This document shows positions 1 through 10,941 of a stretch of 64,000 nt of DNA, piece after piece (within the stretch, counting starts at the first letter, position 1; each line of letters opens with the position of its first letter). This DNA comes from Candidatus Latescibacterota bacterium. GTDB lineage: Bacteria; Latescibacterota; UBA2968; GCA-2709665. The notes beneath the pieces are model-generated. The model did no database searches, had not been told where the DNA came from, and saw only the letters and a list, made by a program, of their open reading frames with translations. Position numbers and translations under genes: made by a program. Where the stretch lies: contig CBDDDZ010000002.1 of the NCBI GenBank assembly GCA_965226795.1, positions 1 through 64,000 of the forward strand, given 5' to 3'.

Positions 1-120
1 TTCGAATGGGCCCTACCTACGTGCCTGCCCCCTCACCCCCAACCCCACCCTTCCACGTTCCACCCCCCTCCTTGAAGGTGAGTTTCGTATATAGTTCCAC
101 ATGAAGTGTTGCCGATGGGT

Positions 121-151
121 AAAGAAAAACCGCTCGTTGAGGACGGGCGGT
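121..151 (-). terminator. Intrinsic terminator downstream of the NYN gene
   Basis: Minus strand ACCGCCCGT-CCTCA-ACGAGCGGT hairpin followed by TTTTCTTT, about 25 nt after the stop codon. Confidence 0.6.
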
Positions 152-177
152 AAACTTAGTATTATGTAATGGGTAGA

Positions 178-807
178 CTATACCTTCATCCATTCTTGTG
201 GTCTTTCAATTGATTGTCCGGTCTTAGTATCAATTATTAATTCATCTAGCTGGCATCGTTCAAGGTGTGCTTCTGTGATCTTTGCCTTTGAAGACGCAGC
301 ATCTATTAGACTTTGAATGTGAACGGTTTTTGGTGGTAAAACAAGCTTAATTGGCTTTCTGCTATAACGTACAATTGCGTCAACAACTGTAGAAAAATCA
401 GTATCTTGAGATATTAAAAAAGCCTCATCGTATCTATTTCTAAGTGCACCAGCCATTAAGGCCGCAGCAATATTTGCGTCAGTTCGTTTTTCTTCATGTC
501 GTTTCCATGAGTATTTACATCTCTTACAAGACTCTTGCCTTTCTTTAAATTCTCCTAACGTAATCTGCACCTTTTTGGCTTCTAAGGCATTTATGTAAAT
601 TCGATGCCTTCTAGCCGAACTCCTTCGCCATTTAGCTATAGCAGAAAAATAATAAACGCTTGTTAATGTATGTGTTCTAGAAGGAACAAAACAAGCCGAC
701 AATTTCCATAAATCAACCCACTTAAGATAAGGTTTAGCTAAATCATCAATGGCATGGTATAGACTGTAACCGTCAATGTAAACTTCTATCTTTTTCTTAC
801 GACTCAT
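178..807 (-). CDS. NYN (LabA/DUF88, PIN-like) domain putative ribonuclease
   Basis: Motifs VYIDGYSLY, EEKRTDANIA and LISQDTDF; AT-rich; ATG at 807 preferred over the 855 ORF start, which lies inside the leader hairpins. Confidence 0.85.
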   Translation of the reverse strand: MSRKKKIEVYIDGYSLYHAIDDLAKPYLKWVDLWKLSACFVPSRTHTLTSVYYFSAIAKWRRSSARRHRIYINALEAKKVQITLGEFKERQESCKRCKYSWKRHEEKRTDANIAAALMAGALRNRYDEAFLISQDTDFSTVVDAIVRYSRKPIKLVLPPKTVHIQSLIDAASSKAKITEAHLERCQLDELIIDTKTGQSIERPQEWMKV

Positions 808-818
808 AAAAATGTTCC

Positions 819-900
819 AAAAAATCCCACGGGCCGAAACCCGTGGGGCCTGCAAAATGACATTTTGTCAATTCGCAAGAACTACCTAATCGTCTAGACG
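819..900 (-). ncRNA. Candidate structured leader or small RNA upstream of the NYN gene
   Basis: Hairpin 851-877, then perfect 8-bp hairpin CCCACGGG-TTTCGG-CCCGTGGG (826-847) plus T6 (819-824), just before the ATG. Confidence 0.45.
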
Positions 901-935
901 ATTATAGTATAACAATAATAGGACAAAGATCACAA
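901..935 (-). promoter_or_regulatory. Sigma70-like promoter
   Basis: Minus strand TTGTGA-N18-TATACT with extended -10 TG, overlapping a TATAAT. Confidence 0.5.
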
Positions 936-1575
936 GAGCTTTCTCCAACAATAGCCCTCGATTCTCGCTCATTTGGTGGTTGGAATCTGCCGAAGCCGCA
1001 TGAAACAATCGGCGAGAGCCGATCTTCTTTCATGGATTGGAGACCTTCACAAGGAAGGTTTGAGGTGCTCGTCTGCATTTCCCCCGTCTCCAATCAACCT
1101 CTCGCGCCGATAGAACATATGACGTTGAATTGACCGAACGAGCCATCACCACTATATTCCTATGTAAAGTCCTTCTTCATTTTTTTCACGCCAACTTGTA
1201 TTGCCAATAGCCATGTACTGCAGTTGTAGGACCATAGCAAAAATTCAAGTCCGGCATTCACAGATGCAAAATCAAAGAAAGTGTAATGTTGCGCTACGGT
1301 CCGGTCAAGCAGTAAATCCCGTCGACTTATCCTTGGTTTTGGATTGAGATCCAACTTGATCCGTCGATTAGTTTAGTGCGCCAAGTCATCCGTGAAAAAG
1401 CAGGATATTTGGAACTTCTCAGTTGTATAATCTACCGACCAACCGGAGAGGCAATTTAACGAATTAGCAAAGGATGCAACGTCTCAAACGTCTCCGGTTA
1501 CCCCTGATTCACGAGTCCCTCCTGTTTCGCGTCGCCGGACGGGGATCCCCAACGTATATCTGAAACTACCCCACT

Positions 1576-2361
1576 ATGAAAATCCTCATCACAGGCGCTA
1601 CGGGCGTCATCGGCAGCAGGCTGGTACCCGCGCTCGAGGGCGAACACGAACTGCGCCTCTTGAGCCGGCGTCATATTCCGGATGATTCCCGCTGGCATCA
1701 GGTGAACATTACGGATATCGACCAGGTCTGCGATGCCGCTGAAGGGATGGACATGGCCATCCACCTGGCCATCGCCACCGGAAGGGAAGGCGACTACGAA
1801 GACGACGCCTTCAACAGCCAGCGGATGGATATCAACGTTAAAGGCACCTACAACCTCTTTGAAGCCGCCCGGCGTCATCGGCTCAAGCGGGTGATCTACA
1901 CCAGCAGCCTGACCGTCGTCTGGGGCTATCCCCCGCCGCAGTGGGTCGCGGGCGACGCGCCGGCCAGACCCGTAGGGAGCTACGCCCTCACGAAATACCT
2001 GGGCGAAAAAATCGCTGAATACTACGCCGAACTGCACGGTATCTCCGCACTCTGTCTGCGCATCCCCAAACCCTTCGATATTGACGACCCGGAATTCAGG
2101 AATGCACCCATCCTTCCCCAGTGGCTCGCCTTTCCAGACCTTATTCAGGCCTACAAACTCGCACTCGAGGCTCCCGACATCGGCTACGAAATAATCACCC
2201 TTGTCGGTGAAAGCACCCGGCGCCGCTGGGATCTCTCCCGGGCTGCGAAAATCCTCGGTTACCGTCCACGTTACCGGCTGGAAGACCTGGGTTACTCGCT
2301 CCGTGAAGAACCCGACACCTACAACCGCCCCCAATATTGTTACACCTTCCTGAACGCCTGA
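1576..2361 (+). CDS. NAD-dependent epimerase/dehydratase (extended SDR, uronate dehydrogenase-like)
   Basis: TGATGVIG Rossmann motif and YALTK catalytic YxxxK. Confidence 0.85.
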   Translation: MKILITGATGVIGSRLVPALEGEHELRLLSRRHIPDDSRWHQVNITDIDQVCDAAEGMDMAIHLAIATGREGDYEDDAFNSQRMDINVKGTYNLFEAARRHRLKRVIYTSSLTVVWGYPPPQWVAGDAPARPVGSYALTKYLGEKIAEYYAELHGISALCLRIPKPFDIDDPEFRNAPILPQWLAFPDLIQAYKLALEAPDIGYEIITLVGESTRRRWDLSRAAKILGYRPRYRLEDLGYSLREEPDTYNRPQYCYTFLNA

Positions 2362-2518
2362 AGTCCTGTCCCTTGCCGCCGGCTCCGTTACAACTTGCCG
2401 TTCATATGTTTTTCTTCGTAATTTACGGGCCGCAGCCACCAGTTATTCGCGCCTGGCAGCCTTGTATTTTGTGCGTGAGATAATAACGCTTCGCCACTTC
2501 GACATCAGGGAGTAGACG

Positions 2519-3295
2519 ATGGAATCCTTGACCCTGCTTTCCGGTCACACCATGCCGGTAGTGGGCCTCGGCACATATCCGCTGAAAGGCGAACCGTGTA
2601 AGCAGGTGATCAAACAGGCACTCGAGCTCGGCTACACCCACTTCGATACGGCCTGGATCTACGGGAATCAGCGGGAGATCGGCGAAGCGCTCCGGGAGGC
2701 CGGCGTCGATCGTTCAAGGCTGTTCGTAACGACCAAGGTCGGCAAGGACTACCTGCATTACGACGTCGCCATCAAACAGGCGGATGAGAATCTACAGTCT
2801 CTGCAGATGGACTACGTGGATCTGCTGCTGGTACACTGGCCGCCAGATTGCGTGCCCATGGAAGAACCAATTGGCGCCTTCAACGCGATCCTCGACGCCG
2901 GCAGGGCCAGAAGCATCGGCGTCAGCAACTTCTCCGTCGAACAGATGGAACACGCCCGATCCATCTCGAAGGCGCCCATCAGCGTCAACCAGATCAAGTA
3001 CCATCCGGGCTATGAACAGCGCGACGTGCTGCAGTGGTGCCTGGAACACAAGGTGGCCGTAACGGCCTACTCGCCACTGGGCAAAAAGAATATCCTTCAG
3101 GATCCCGTACTGACGAACATCGCCCGCAGCCACGACAAGACGTCCGCGCACGTCGCGCTCAGGTGGCTGCTCCAGAAGGGCATGAACGTCATTCCGAAAG
3201 CCAGCACGGAACAGCATCTCCGCGCCAACCTGGATGTTTTCAATTGGACCCTGTCCGAAGACGAGATGGATTCCATCGACAGGATGGAAGTGTAA
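2519..3295 (+). CDS. Aldo/keto reductase (DkgA-like)
   Basis: GLGTY, FDTAWIYGNQ, LLLVHWP, IGVSNF, IPKAS. Confidence 0.9.
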   Translation: MESLTLLSGHTMPVVGLGTYPLKGEPCKQVIKQALELGYTHFDTAWIYGNQREIGEALREAGVDRSRLFVTTKVGKDYLHYDVAIKQADENLQSLQMDYVDLLLVHWPPDCVPMEEPIGAFNAILDAGRARSIGVSNFSVEQMEHARSISKAPISVNQIKYHPGYEQRDVLQWCLEHKVAVTAYSPLGKKNILQDPVLTNIARSHDKTSAHVALRWLLQKGMNVIPKASTEQHLRANLDVFNWTLSEDEMDSIDRMEV

Positions 3296-3450
3296 GGAAG
3301 CCGGCTGAATCCATCGTGTGTTGAATGCAGTAGTGACGCGGAGGCGCGGCTCCGGACCCGGTGTTTCGGGTTGTGGGCGGTCCTGGGCGCGGCCGGTCCA
3401 CACGGCGGTGGGGGCCGGGTTCAACGGATCGAACACTCAGGTATGCAACC

Positions 3451-4298
3451 ATGATTTCGGGACAGACCAGCATCAAACCCATCGCGGGCTCCCTTGGGGC
3501 TGAAGTCACGGGCGTCGATCTTTCACGGCCGCTTGACAACGATGTATTTGCGGGTATCCATGCGGCCTTCCTGGAACACCATGTGCTTTTCTTCCCGGAT
3601 CAGCACCTCGGTCCGGAGGCGCTCATCGCCTTTGGCCGGAGATTCGGTGAACTGGACATCCATCCCTTTCTGCCGAACCTGGAAGACCATCCCGAAATCG
3701 TCCTTTACAAAAAAAGGAAACCGCGGACACCAACGTCGGTAATGGCTGGCATTCCGACATGTCGTTTCTGGAGACCCCGCCGGTGGGCTCCATTCTCTAC
3801 GCCCTGACCGTTCCGCCGTACGGAGGCGACACCCTCTTTGCCAACATGTACCTTGTCTACGAATCCCTTTCCGGCGGTTTGAAACAGATGCTCGGCGGCC
3901 GGTTCGCCGTACACGACTATACACGGATCTTTCTGGAGGCGGCTCGGCTCGGAAGAACCAAAGCCAGCGCGGAAGACATCGAAGCCGCCAGCGAAAACAT
4001 GCCACCCGTGGAGCACCCCATTTTCCGCACCCATCCCGAAACCGGCCGAAAATTGCTCTACGTCAACCCCTTTTTCACATCGCACTTCAAGGATATGACC
4101 CCGGCCGAAAGCCGTCCGCTCCTCGAATATCTTTACCGGCAGACCGCAAAGCCGGAATTCACCTGCCGTTACCGCTGGCGGGACAACACCGTTGCGCTCT
4201 GGGACAACCGCTGCACGCAGCACTACGCGGTCAACGATTATCACGGCCACCGGCGCACGATGCACCGGATCACCATCAGGGGCGACCGGCCGTTCTGA
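3451..4298 (+). pseudogene. TauD/TfdA dioxygenase, frameshifted (sequencing error or pseudogene)
   Basis: GAEVTGVDL...HHVLFFPDQ in one frame; WHSDMSF...WDNRCTQHYA...HRITI in another; shift at the A7 run 3709-3715. Confidence 0.85.
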
Positions 4299-4431
4299 AC
4301 GGCACCGGTGAATTTGCAGCCCCTCCGGGAACGGCGGCGGGAAACAGCCGCCCCGCTGTCTCGAGCGTTTCGGCCGGCACGTTTTCATCGGACGTTTCGT
4401 ATGCGGGTTTTCAATAAACACAGGGTTCAAG

Positions 4432-5571
4432 ATGAGCTATGACGCCATTGTCATCGGTGGGGGGATTGTGGGGATGTCCGCCGCCTACCATCTCGTCAGC
4501 GCAGGCGCACGAACCCTGCTTGTCGACCGTATGGACAAGGGTCGCGCTACGGATGCCGGCGCGGGTATTCTGTCTCCGGCCACCAATACACGGGATCCGG
4601 ACCCATGGCAGCGCCTGGCCTCTCTTGCCGTTGAGTACTATCCCGGACTGATCGAGAATCTGACAGCCGAACAGGCGGGAGAAACCGGTTTCGCCGTATG
4701 CGGCATGATGATCGTTGCCGTGTCAGACGACGAACTGGAGCCCTTTGACATTGCGCGCCGCCGCATTTTCAACCGCCGGAGTCGCCGCGGGGAACCCTCC
4801 GCGGAGGATCTGTACGAAATATCGTCCGAAGAAGCCCGCAGCCGGTTTCCGGCCCTGGCCGACGTCCAGGGGGCCATCTACTACCGAGAGGCCGCCCGTG
4901 TCGACGGCCGCCTCCTGACGGGCGCCCTGCGCCGGGCCGCGGAGGCCCGTGGGCTGACCATCCAACAGGCGGGCGTTGAAGGCTTGCTCATGGACAACGA
5001 CACGGTCACCGGTGTCGTCACGGATGCAGGGAGCATTTCGGCTGCCGGTGTGGTCATCGCGGGTGGCGCGTGGTCGCACGCGTTCGGCCTTCAACTGGGG
5101 GTCCGGATCCCGGTAGAACCCCAGCGTGGTCAGATCATCCACCTGGGTCTGCCTGCTGGCGCGGATACGTCGTCGTGGACAATCGTCAGCGCCGTTCGCG
5201 GCCACTATATGGTGCCCTGGCCGGACAACCGGGTGGTCGTAGGCGCCACGCGGGAAACCGGATCCGGTTTCGACGCCCGCGCCACGGCCGCCGGGGTGAG
5301 GGAAGTACTCGGCGAGGCGCTGCGGGTGGCCCCCGGCCTGGCTGCGGCGGAAATCCGTGAAATTCGAGTCGGCCTGCGTCCGTATACGCAGGATCTGTTG
5401 CCCGTACTCGGCCCCGTTCCCGGTAAGAGAAACGTCTATGTGGCAACCGGGCATGGGCCCACCGGCCTGCAGCTGGGTCCGTACAGCGGAAAACTCATTG
5501 CCGATCTCATCATGGGCAGGGGTCTTCCAATTGAACTTGACGCCTATCGGATCACACGATTCTTCTCCTGA
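4432..5571 (+). CDS. FAD-dependent oxidoreductase (D-amino acid/glycine oxidase family)
   Basis: IGGGIVGMSAA, PQRGQI, VGLRP, TGHGPTG. Confidence 0.9.
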   Translation: MSYDAIVIGGGIVGMSAAYHLVSAGARTLLVDRMDKGRATDAGAGILSPATNTRDPDPWQRLASLAVEYYPGLIENLTAEQAGETGFAVCGMMIVAVSDDELEPFDIARRRIFNRRSRRGEPSAEDLYEISSEEARSRFPALADVQGAIYYREAARVDGRLLTGALRRAAEARGLTIQQAGVEGLLMDNDTVTGVVTDAGSISAAGVVIAGGAWSHAFGLQLGVRIPVEPQRGQIIHLGLPAGADTSSWTIVSAVRGHYMVPWPDNRVVVGATRETGSGFDARATAAGVREVLGEALRVAPGLAAAEIREIRVGLRPYTQDLLPVLGPVPGKRNVYVATGHGPTGLQLGPYSGKLIADLIMGRGLPIELDAYRITRFFS

Positions 5572-5642
5572 ACGACCGGGCGCGCCCCGGCGGCGCAACA
5601 GAAAGGAATCCGCTTCCGGCGTAGAAAGACACGGAAAGGGGT

Positions 5643-6643
5643 ATGACCGACCGAAGCTTTAAATGCCTGGTCGTGAGCCAGGAGAACAACGACTATATCC
5701 GCAGGGTGGAGCGCCGGTGCATCGATGAACTGCCGGCAGGCGACGTCCTGATCCGGGTCCACTACTCCTCGCTGAACTACAAGGACGCGCTGTCAGCCAC
5801 CGGCCATCGCGGCGTCACCAGGCGCTACCCGCATACGCCCGGCATCGACGCCGCGGGCGTTGTCGCGGAAAGCCCGGACGGACGCTTCCGACCGGGCGAT
5901 GAAGTCATTGTCACAAGCTACGACCTGGGTGTAAACACACCCGGCGGATTCGGCCAGTACATCCGCGTACCCGCCGGGTGGATCGTCCCACTCCCAAACG
6001 GCCTCACCTTGCGAGAGGCCATGGTCTACGGTACCGCCGGATTCACCGCCGCCATGTCGGTGCAAAGACTGGAAGGCCATGGCGTTGTTCCCGGCTGCGG
6101 CGAGATTCTCGTCACCGGCGCCACGGGGGGCGTCGGCAGCCTCTCGGTCGCCATCCTTGCCCGGCTGGGGTACACGGTGGCCGCCGCCACGGTAAGACGC
6201 ACGAGGCCCAATTCCTGTTCGACCTCGGCGCAACCGCGGTTGTGGATCGAAACGACGTCGACGATGCCGGCGGACGTCCGCTTCTGGCAGAACGCTGGGC
6301 GGGCGTCGTGGATACCGTGGGAGGCAACATTCTGGCAACCGCCCTCAAATCCACCCGCCGCCGGGGCATTGTCGCGTGCTGCGGTCTCGTTGCGTCCGCG
6401 GATCTGAGCACCAGCGTCTACCCTTTCATCCTGCGAGGCGTCGGCCTCCATGGCATCGACTCCGCCGAGTGTCCTATGCCGGAAAGAACAGATATCTGGA
6501 AAAAGATCGCGGGACCCTGGAAGATCGATGCGTCAGACGACCTCGTAATGGAATGTGGGCTGGAGACGCTCGAACCGGAAATTCAACGAATGCTGAAAGG
6601 CCAACAGAAGGGCAGGGTTGTTGTCAACCTGAACGCGACATGA
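5643..6643 (+). pseudogene. YhdH/AcuI-family acryloyl-CoA reductase (MDR), frameshifted
   Basis: YSSLNYKD, VTGATGGVGS, then DTVGG...PFILRGV in another frame; one base missing near 6190. Confidence 0.85.
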
Positions 6644-7641
6644 ACCGTACAAAAATCGGTGTCATCGGTCTGGGACGTTTCGGCGTCCAGCACGCCCGTG
6701 TCCTGGCCCAACTGCCGCATGTCGAACTCACGGCGGTCTGTTCCCGCTCGGCGGAACGCGCGGGTAGCGTCGCCTCGACATACAACGTACCCAGGCACTA
6801 TACGGACTATAGAGACCTGATGCGCGATCCCGACGTGGACGGCGTCGACATCGTCACCGAGGTGGGCCGGCACACCGAAATCGCCCTCGCCGCGCTTCGA
6901 CGGCGGAAACACGTCTTCAGCGAGATCCTGCTGACCGACAGTCTGGATGAAAACGACCGGCTCATCGACGAGGCGGAAAAGAGCGGCGTCGTTTTCATGG
7001 TCGGATTCCTCGAACGTTTCGACGTCCGGCGCGGGAACATTAAACAGAAAATCGACGCGGGCGACCTGGGAGAACTCGTCTCCATCTACGGTCGCCGGAA
7101 CATCTGGCGCGGCATCCTGGACGCTCCGCGTTTCAAACCCTATCCCCTCGTCCTTCAGCCCGGGATTCACACCATCGACCAGTTGCTCTGGATGGCCGGC
7201 GAGGAAGTACGGGAAGTCTATACCAGAACGCGCAGCATGACGGAACCGGACCGTCCCGATACCTGGTGGGCCATGCTCACTTTTCAAAGCGGTCTCGTCG
7301 GCGTCATCGAACAGAGTTTTTTCATGCCCGACCGCCGGCTCTACTGGTCCGACGCAGGCCTCGAAGTGGTCGGCACGGACGGGACGGCTCACATCGTGGA
7401 ACCCAACGACGCCTCATGGATATGGACCGGCGAAGCAACGTCCAGCCCGGATCTTTATCTTGCGCCTGAACTTCACGGGAGAATCGTCGGGGCAATGGAG
7501 CAGGAACTCACCCACTTCGCGGACTGCGTCATCGAACATCGAAATCCGGCGCACGGCACATTGCAGGATGCGCGCAATGCCCTTCGCGTGGGCCTGGCCA
7601 TCGTAGAGTCCGCGCGGACAAAACAGGCGGTCCATCTGTAA
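6640..7641 (+). CDS. Gfo/Idh/MocA family oxidoreductase
   Basis: KIGVIGLGRFG, VGFLERF, IHTIDQL; ATGA overlap with upstream stop. Confidence 0.85.
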   Translation: MNRTKIGVIGLGRFGVQHARVLAQLPHVELTAVCSRSAERAGSVASTYNVPRHYTDYRDLMRDPDVDGVDIVTEVGRHTEIALAALRRRKHVFSEILLTDSLDENDRLIDEAEKSGVVFMVGFLERFDVRRGNIKQKIDAGDLGELVSIYGRRNIWRGILDAPRFKPYPLVLQPGIHTIDQLLWMAGEEVREVYTRTRSMTEPDRPDTWWAMLTFQSGLVGVIEQSFFMPDRRLYWSDAGLEVVGTDGTAHIVEPNDASWIWTGEATSSPDLYLAPELHGRIVGAMEQELTHFADCVIEHRNPAHGTLQDARNALRVGLAIVESARTKQAVHL

Positions 7642-7657
7642 TCACGGAGCTTGTCGC

Positions 7658-8965
7658 ATGACGATATCCAACGACACCTACCGGATCGGTGTGTGCGGCG
7701 ATGACATCACGCCACCGGTCGGTATCCATATGGCCGGGTTCGCCGCCCGCACCGAACCCTCCACGGCCGTCTATCATCCTCTGAAGGCCAACGCCATTGC
7801 CATAGACGACGGCACAAGCCCATTGCTCATCGTCAGCGCAGAGATCCTGGGTTTCTACGAACACACGGACCAGGTTCGGTCCCGCATCTCGGCGGCGACG
7901 GGCCTAGCGCCGTCGAGCATCATTCTCAGCGGAACCCACACCCACTGCGGCCCCTGTATTCGTGAAATGGACCGGCAGCGCCACGGCGACCTGGACGAGA
8001 ACTACATCGAACAACTATTCGAACGGGTCACCCGTAGCGCTAGAACGGCCTGGGAGTCCCGCCAGCCCGCCCGGCTTCGTTTCGGAACCGGGAATTGTGA
8101 TATCGCCGTCTCCCGCCGAAAGCCCGACGGGAAGGGTGGCATCGAGTGGAACCCCGATGCTGAAGCGCCTCACGACCACGAAGTTCCCGTCCTGGTCGTC
8201 GAATCTCCGGACGGCGAACTGCGAAGTGTGATCTTCAGCTACGCGTGCCACCCCACGAGCCGGAGCGGCACCCTCATCGGCGGCGACTACGTCTGTTTCG
8301 CCTATGACCACGTGGAAGCAATGGTTCCGGGCGCCGCGGCATTTTTTCTCCAGGGCTGCGCCGGAGACCAGAAAACAAGACCCGTCGACCCCGCGAAGGA
8401 TCGTTTCGTGCCGCGCACCGTCGATGAAATCCGAGACATCGGTGGCCGCCTGGGGGAATCCGTGGTCCATGTCCTCGCCTCGGGCGCCCTCGAGCCGGTC
8501 ACTGGTCCGATTTCGGTGTGCCAGACCGTCCTCGGTCTGGAAACCGAACCCATCGACATGGACCTCGTGAGGGCCGGCCTGAAAGACAACCGGGCGTTTG
8601 TTCAGGCGTGGGCGCGACATCTGTTTGAATGCGTCGAAAAGAATGTTCCCGCACCCACGACCATCCCGTTTGAAGTTCAGACGGTACGTTTCGGAAATGC
8701 CCTGGCGGTGGTCACACTTGCAGGGGAAATGACTGTCGAGCATGGCTTGCGCCTGAAACGGGAACTGGGTCCGCATTTCGACAACGTCCTGGTTCTGGCA
8801 TATACCAATGACATCATCGGCTACGTCCCCGTCACGCGCCAGATTCCCGAAGGCGGCTACGAAGTCTGGTTCAGCCAGCAATACTGGAAGCGAACGGGGC
8901 CCTACGTGGCCGCCACCGAGGATCGGATTCACGCCGCCGTGAGTCGGTCCCTCGGCATTTCGTAG
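7658..8965 (+). CDS. Neutral/alkaline ceramidase N-terminal-like metallohydrolase
   Basis: DITPPVG, MAGFAAR, THTHCGP, YACHPT, QGCAGD, GYVP...EGGYE. Confidence 0.75.
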   Translation: MTISNDTYRIGVCGDDITPPVGIHMAGFAARTEPSTAVYHPLKANAIAIDDGTSPLLIVSAEILGFYEHTDQVRSRISAATGLAPSSIILSGTHTHCGPCIREMDRQRHGDLDENYIEQLFERVTRSARTAWESRQPARLRFGTGNCDIAVSRRKPDGKGGIEWNPDAEAPHDHEVPVLVVESPDGELRSVIFSYACHPTSRSGTLIGGDYVCFAYDHVEAMVPGAAAFFLQGCAGDQKTRPVDPAKDRFVPRTVDEIRDIGGRLGESVVHVLASGALEPVTGPISVCQTVLGLETEPIDMDLVRAGLKDNRAFVQAWARHLFECVEKNVPAPTTIPFEVQTVRFGNALAVVTLAGEMTVEHGLRLKRELGPHFDNVLVLAYTNDIIGYVPVTRQIPEGGYEVWFSQQYWKRTGPYVAATEDRIHAAVSRSLGIS

Positions 8966-9020
8966 GTAATGCGTTGGGTTGGGAAGGTCAAACCAAACCT
9001 TCATCTTTGGCTCGGCAGAT

Positions 9021-10934
9021 ATGACTGGCGTTGACGCGTTGCCCGAAATCGCTCTGGTCCAGATGGATGTGAAGGCGGCACGCCCGGATCTGAACGTGGA
9101 TCGGATGCTGTATTACATCGACAAAGGGAGGGCAGAAGGCGCGGAACTGATCGTTTTTTCGGAACTCTGCATTTCCGGCTATATCCTGGGCGACCTGTGG
9201 GAGGTGGACGCGCTCGTTGAGGATTTCGCGGCATACAGCGAAACGATCCGGGAAGCGAGTCAGGACATTATCGTACTCTTCGGGAACGTGGCGGTGGATC
9301 GGGCGAACATTGGGGAGGACGGCCGGATACGAAAGTACAACGCCGTCCATGTCTGCGCCGACGGCCGCTATGTGACGCGCAACGAGGTCCCTTCCGGGTT
9401 GCCCGCCGGGGTGCATCCCAAGACGCTGCATCCGAACTACCGGTTCTTCGACGACGACCGCCACTTCTACTCGCTCCGGAAACTCGCCGATGCTTGCGGG
9501 AGATCGGTTTACGACTGGATCAGGCCCTTTGAGGTCCGCTTGAGGGACGGCCGGACGTTTCCGTTCGGCGTGCAACTCTGTGAAGATATATGGTGCCAGG
9601 ACTACGGCTACGGAGAAGATACGCTGGATACGCTGCGCGTGTTCTACGACCGCGGGGCGCAGGCGCTGTTCAATCTGTCGTCTTCTCCCTGGACGTGGCA
9701 GAAGAATCTGAAGCGCAACCGGGTTGTCAGGGAGATTCTGCGCCGTTCTCCCATTCCTGTTTTTTACGTCAATCAGGTCGGGGCGCAGAACAACGGCAAG
9801 AATATCATCGTTTTCGACGGCGATTCGACGGTGTATTCCGCGTCGGGAGAGATTCTGAGGCGCGCGCAGCCATGGCGGCAGCAGATTATATCGAGCCAGG
9901 GCGGAGACCCGCCCGCTTCTTCTCAGGACGAGGTCGCCGCGATCTACGACGCCATACTGACCGGACTGCGGCACCTCGACGATATCCGGGAGAAAGAGAA
10001 CCAATTCCTGGTGGGCGCCAGTGGAGGGATCGATTCGAGCGTGGTGACTTGCATGCTCGCCCAGGCCTTCGGACCCGAGCGCGTGTACGCGGTGAATATG
10101 CCAACCCGGTTCAACTCGTCCGTCACGCAGAAGAACGCGAGGCAGGTCTGCCGGATGCTCGAGGTGGACTACCTGAGTTGCCCGATCCAGGATCTGTACG
10201 AGAACCTGTCCGAGAAGATCAGGGGCGTAAGCTTCTCCAGGTCGCCGGGCGACTATACCCGTCTCGTCGACGAGAACCTCCAGGCGCGCATTCGTGGGGC
10301 GGATATTCTCGCCGCATTGGCCGCGAAGTTCGGGCTGGTCTTTACGAACAACGGCAACAAGACCGAGACGGCGCTGGGATACGCCACGCTTTATGGCGAC
10401 GTGAACGGCGCCGTAGCCCCTATTGCAGACCTGTATAAGGTACAGGTCCTGCAACTGGCGCGGTTCCTGAACGCGCACGTGTTTGGAAGCGAGGTCATTC
10501 CGGAAAACCTGATTAGCGGGGAGACGGTGCCCAGTGCGGAATTGTCGGAAGCCCAGGACGTGACCCGGGGTCTGGGGGATCCGATCAAATACGGGTACCA
10601 CGATGCCATACTTCGCCAGATCATCGAGTATCGGAAACACCCCGTCGATTTTCTGCAGTGGTTCCTGGATGGAATCCTGCTGGACGAGATCGGGTGGAAT
10701 GACCGGGAGCAATTCCAGGCCTGGTTCCCGGACGTGAACAGCTGGATTGAAGACCTGGAGTGGATCGAGCAGCAGGTGCGGGTCAACTATTTCAAGCGTG
10801 TCCAGGCGCCGCCGATCATTGTACTCAGCAAACGCGCGTTCGGGTTTGACCTGCGCGAAAGCCAGTTGCCGGCGTATGAGACCCGTCGCTACGGCGCATT
10901 GAAGCAAAAAGTACTCTCAATGGCGATACCATAA
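9021..10934 (+). CDS. nadE: Glutamine-dependent NAD+ synthetase
   Basis: CN-hydrolase domain (FSELCISGY, QLCEDIW) plus synthetase domain (SGGIDSS, ENLQARIR, NKTETALGYATLYGD, PSAEL). Confidence 0.92.
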   Translation: MTGVDALPEIALVQMDVKAARPDLNVDRMLYYIDKGRAEGAELIVFSELCISGYILGDLWEVDALVEDFAAYSETIREASQDIIVLFGNVAVDRANIGEDGRIRKYNAVHVCADGRYVTRNEVPSGLPAGVHPKTLHPNYRFFDDDRHFYSLRKLADACGRSVYDWIRPFEVRLRDGRTFPFGVQLCEDIWCQDYGYGEDTLDTLRVFYDRGAQALFNLSSSPWTWQKNLKRNRVVREILRRSPIPVFYVNQVGAQNNGKNIIVFDGDSTVYSASGEILRRAQPWRQQIISSQGGDPPASSQDEVAAIYDAILTGLRHLDDIREKENQFLVGASGGIDSSVVTCMLAQAFGPERVYAVNMPTRFNSSVTQKNARQVCRMLEVDYLSCPIQDLYENLSEKIRGVSFSRSPGDYTRLVDENLQARIRGADILAALAAKFGLVFTNNGNKTETALGYATLYGDVNGAVAPIADLYKVQVLQLARFLNAHVFGSEVIPENLISGETVPSAELSEAQDVTRGLGDPIKYGYHDAILRQIIEYRKHPVDFLQWFLDGILLDEIGWNDREQFQAWFPDVNSWIEDLEWIEQQVRVNYFKRVQAPPIIVLSKRAFGFDLRESQLPAYETRRYGALKQKVLSMAIP

Positions 10935-10941
10935 ACCGGGT

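Noticed and set aside
940..1500. Small ORFs in the AT-rich patch
   Set aside because: Short, with no RBS or recognisable motifs
3705..3720. Programmed -1 ribosomal frameshift in TauD
   Set aside because: Codons read TAC AAA AAA AGG, so the A-AAA-AAG heptamer is not in the required phase; error or slippage is simpler
8988..10907. Long antisense ORFs (also 1498-2439, 16354-17589, 42022-43239, 57775-59520)
   Set aside because: Shadows of well-supported genes in GC-rich DNA, with no motifs of their own
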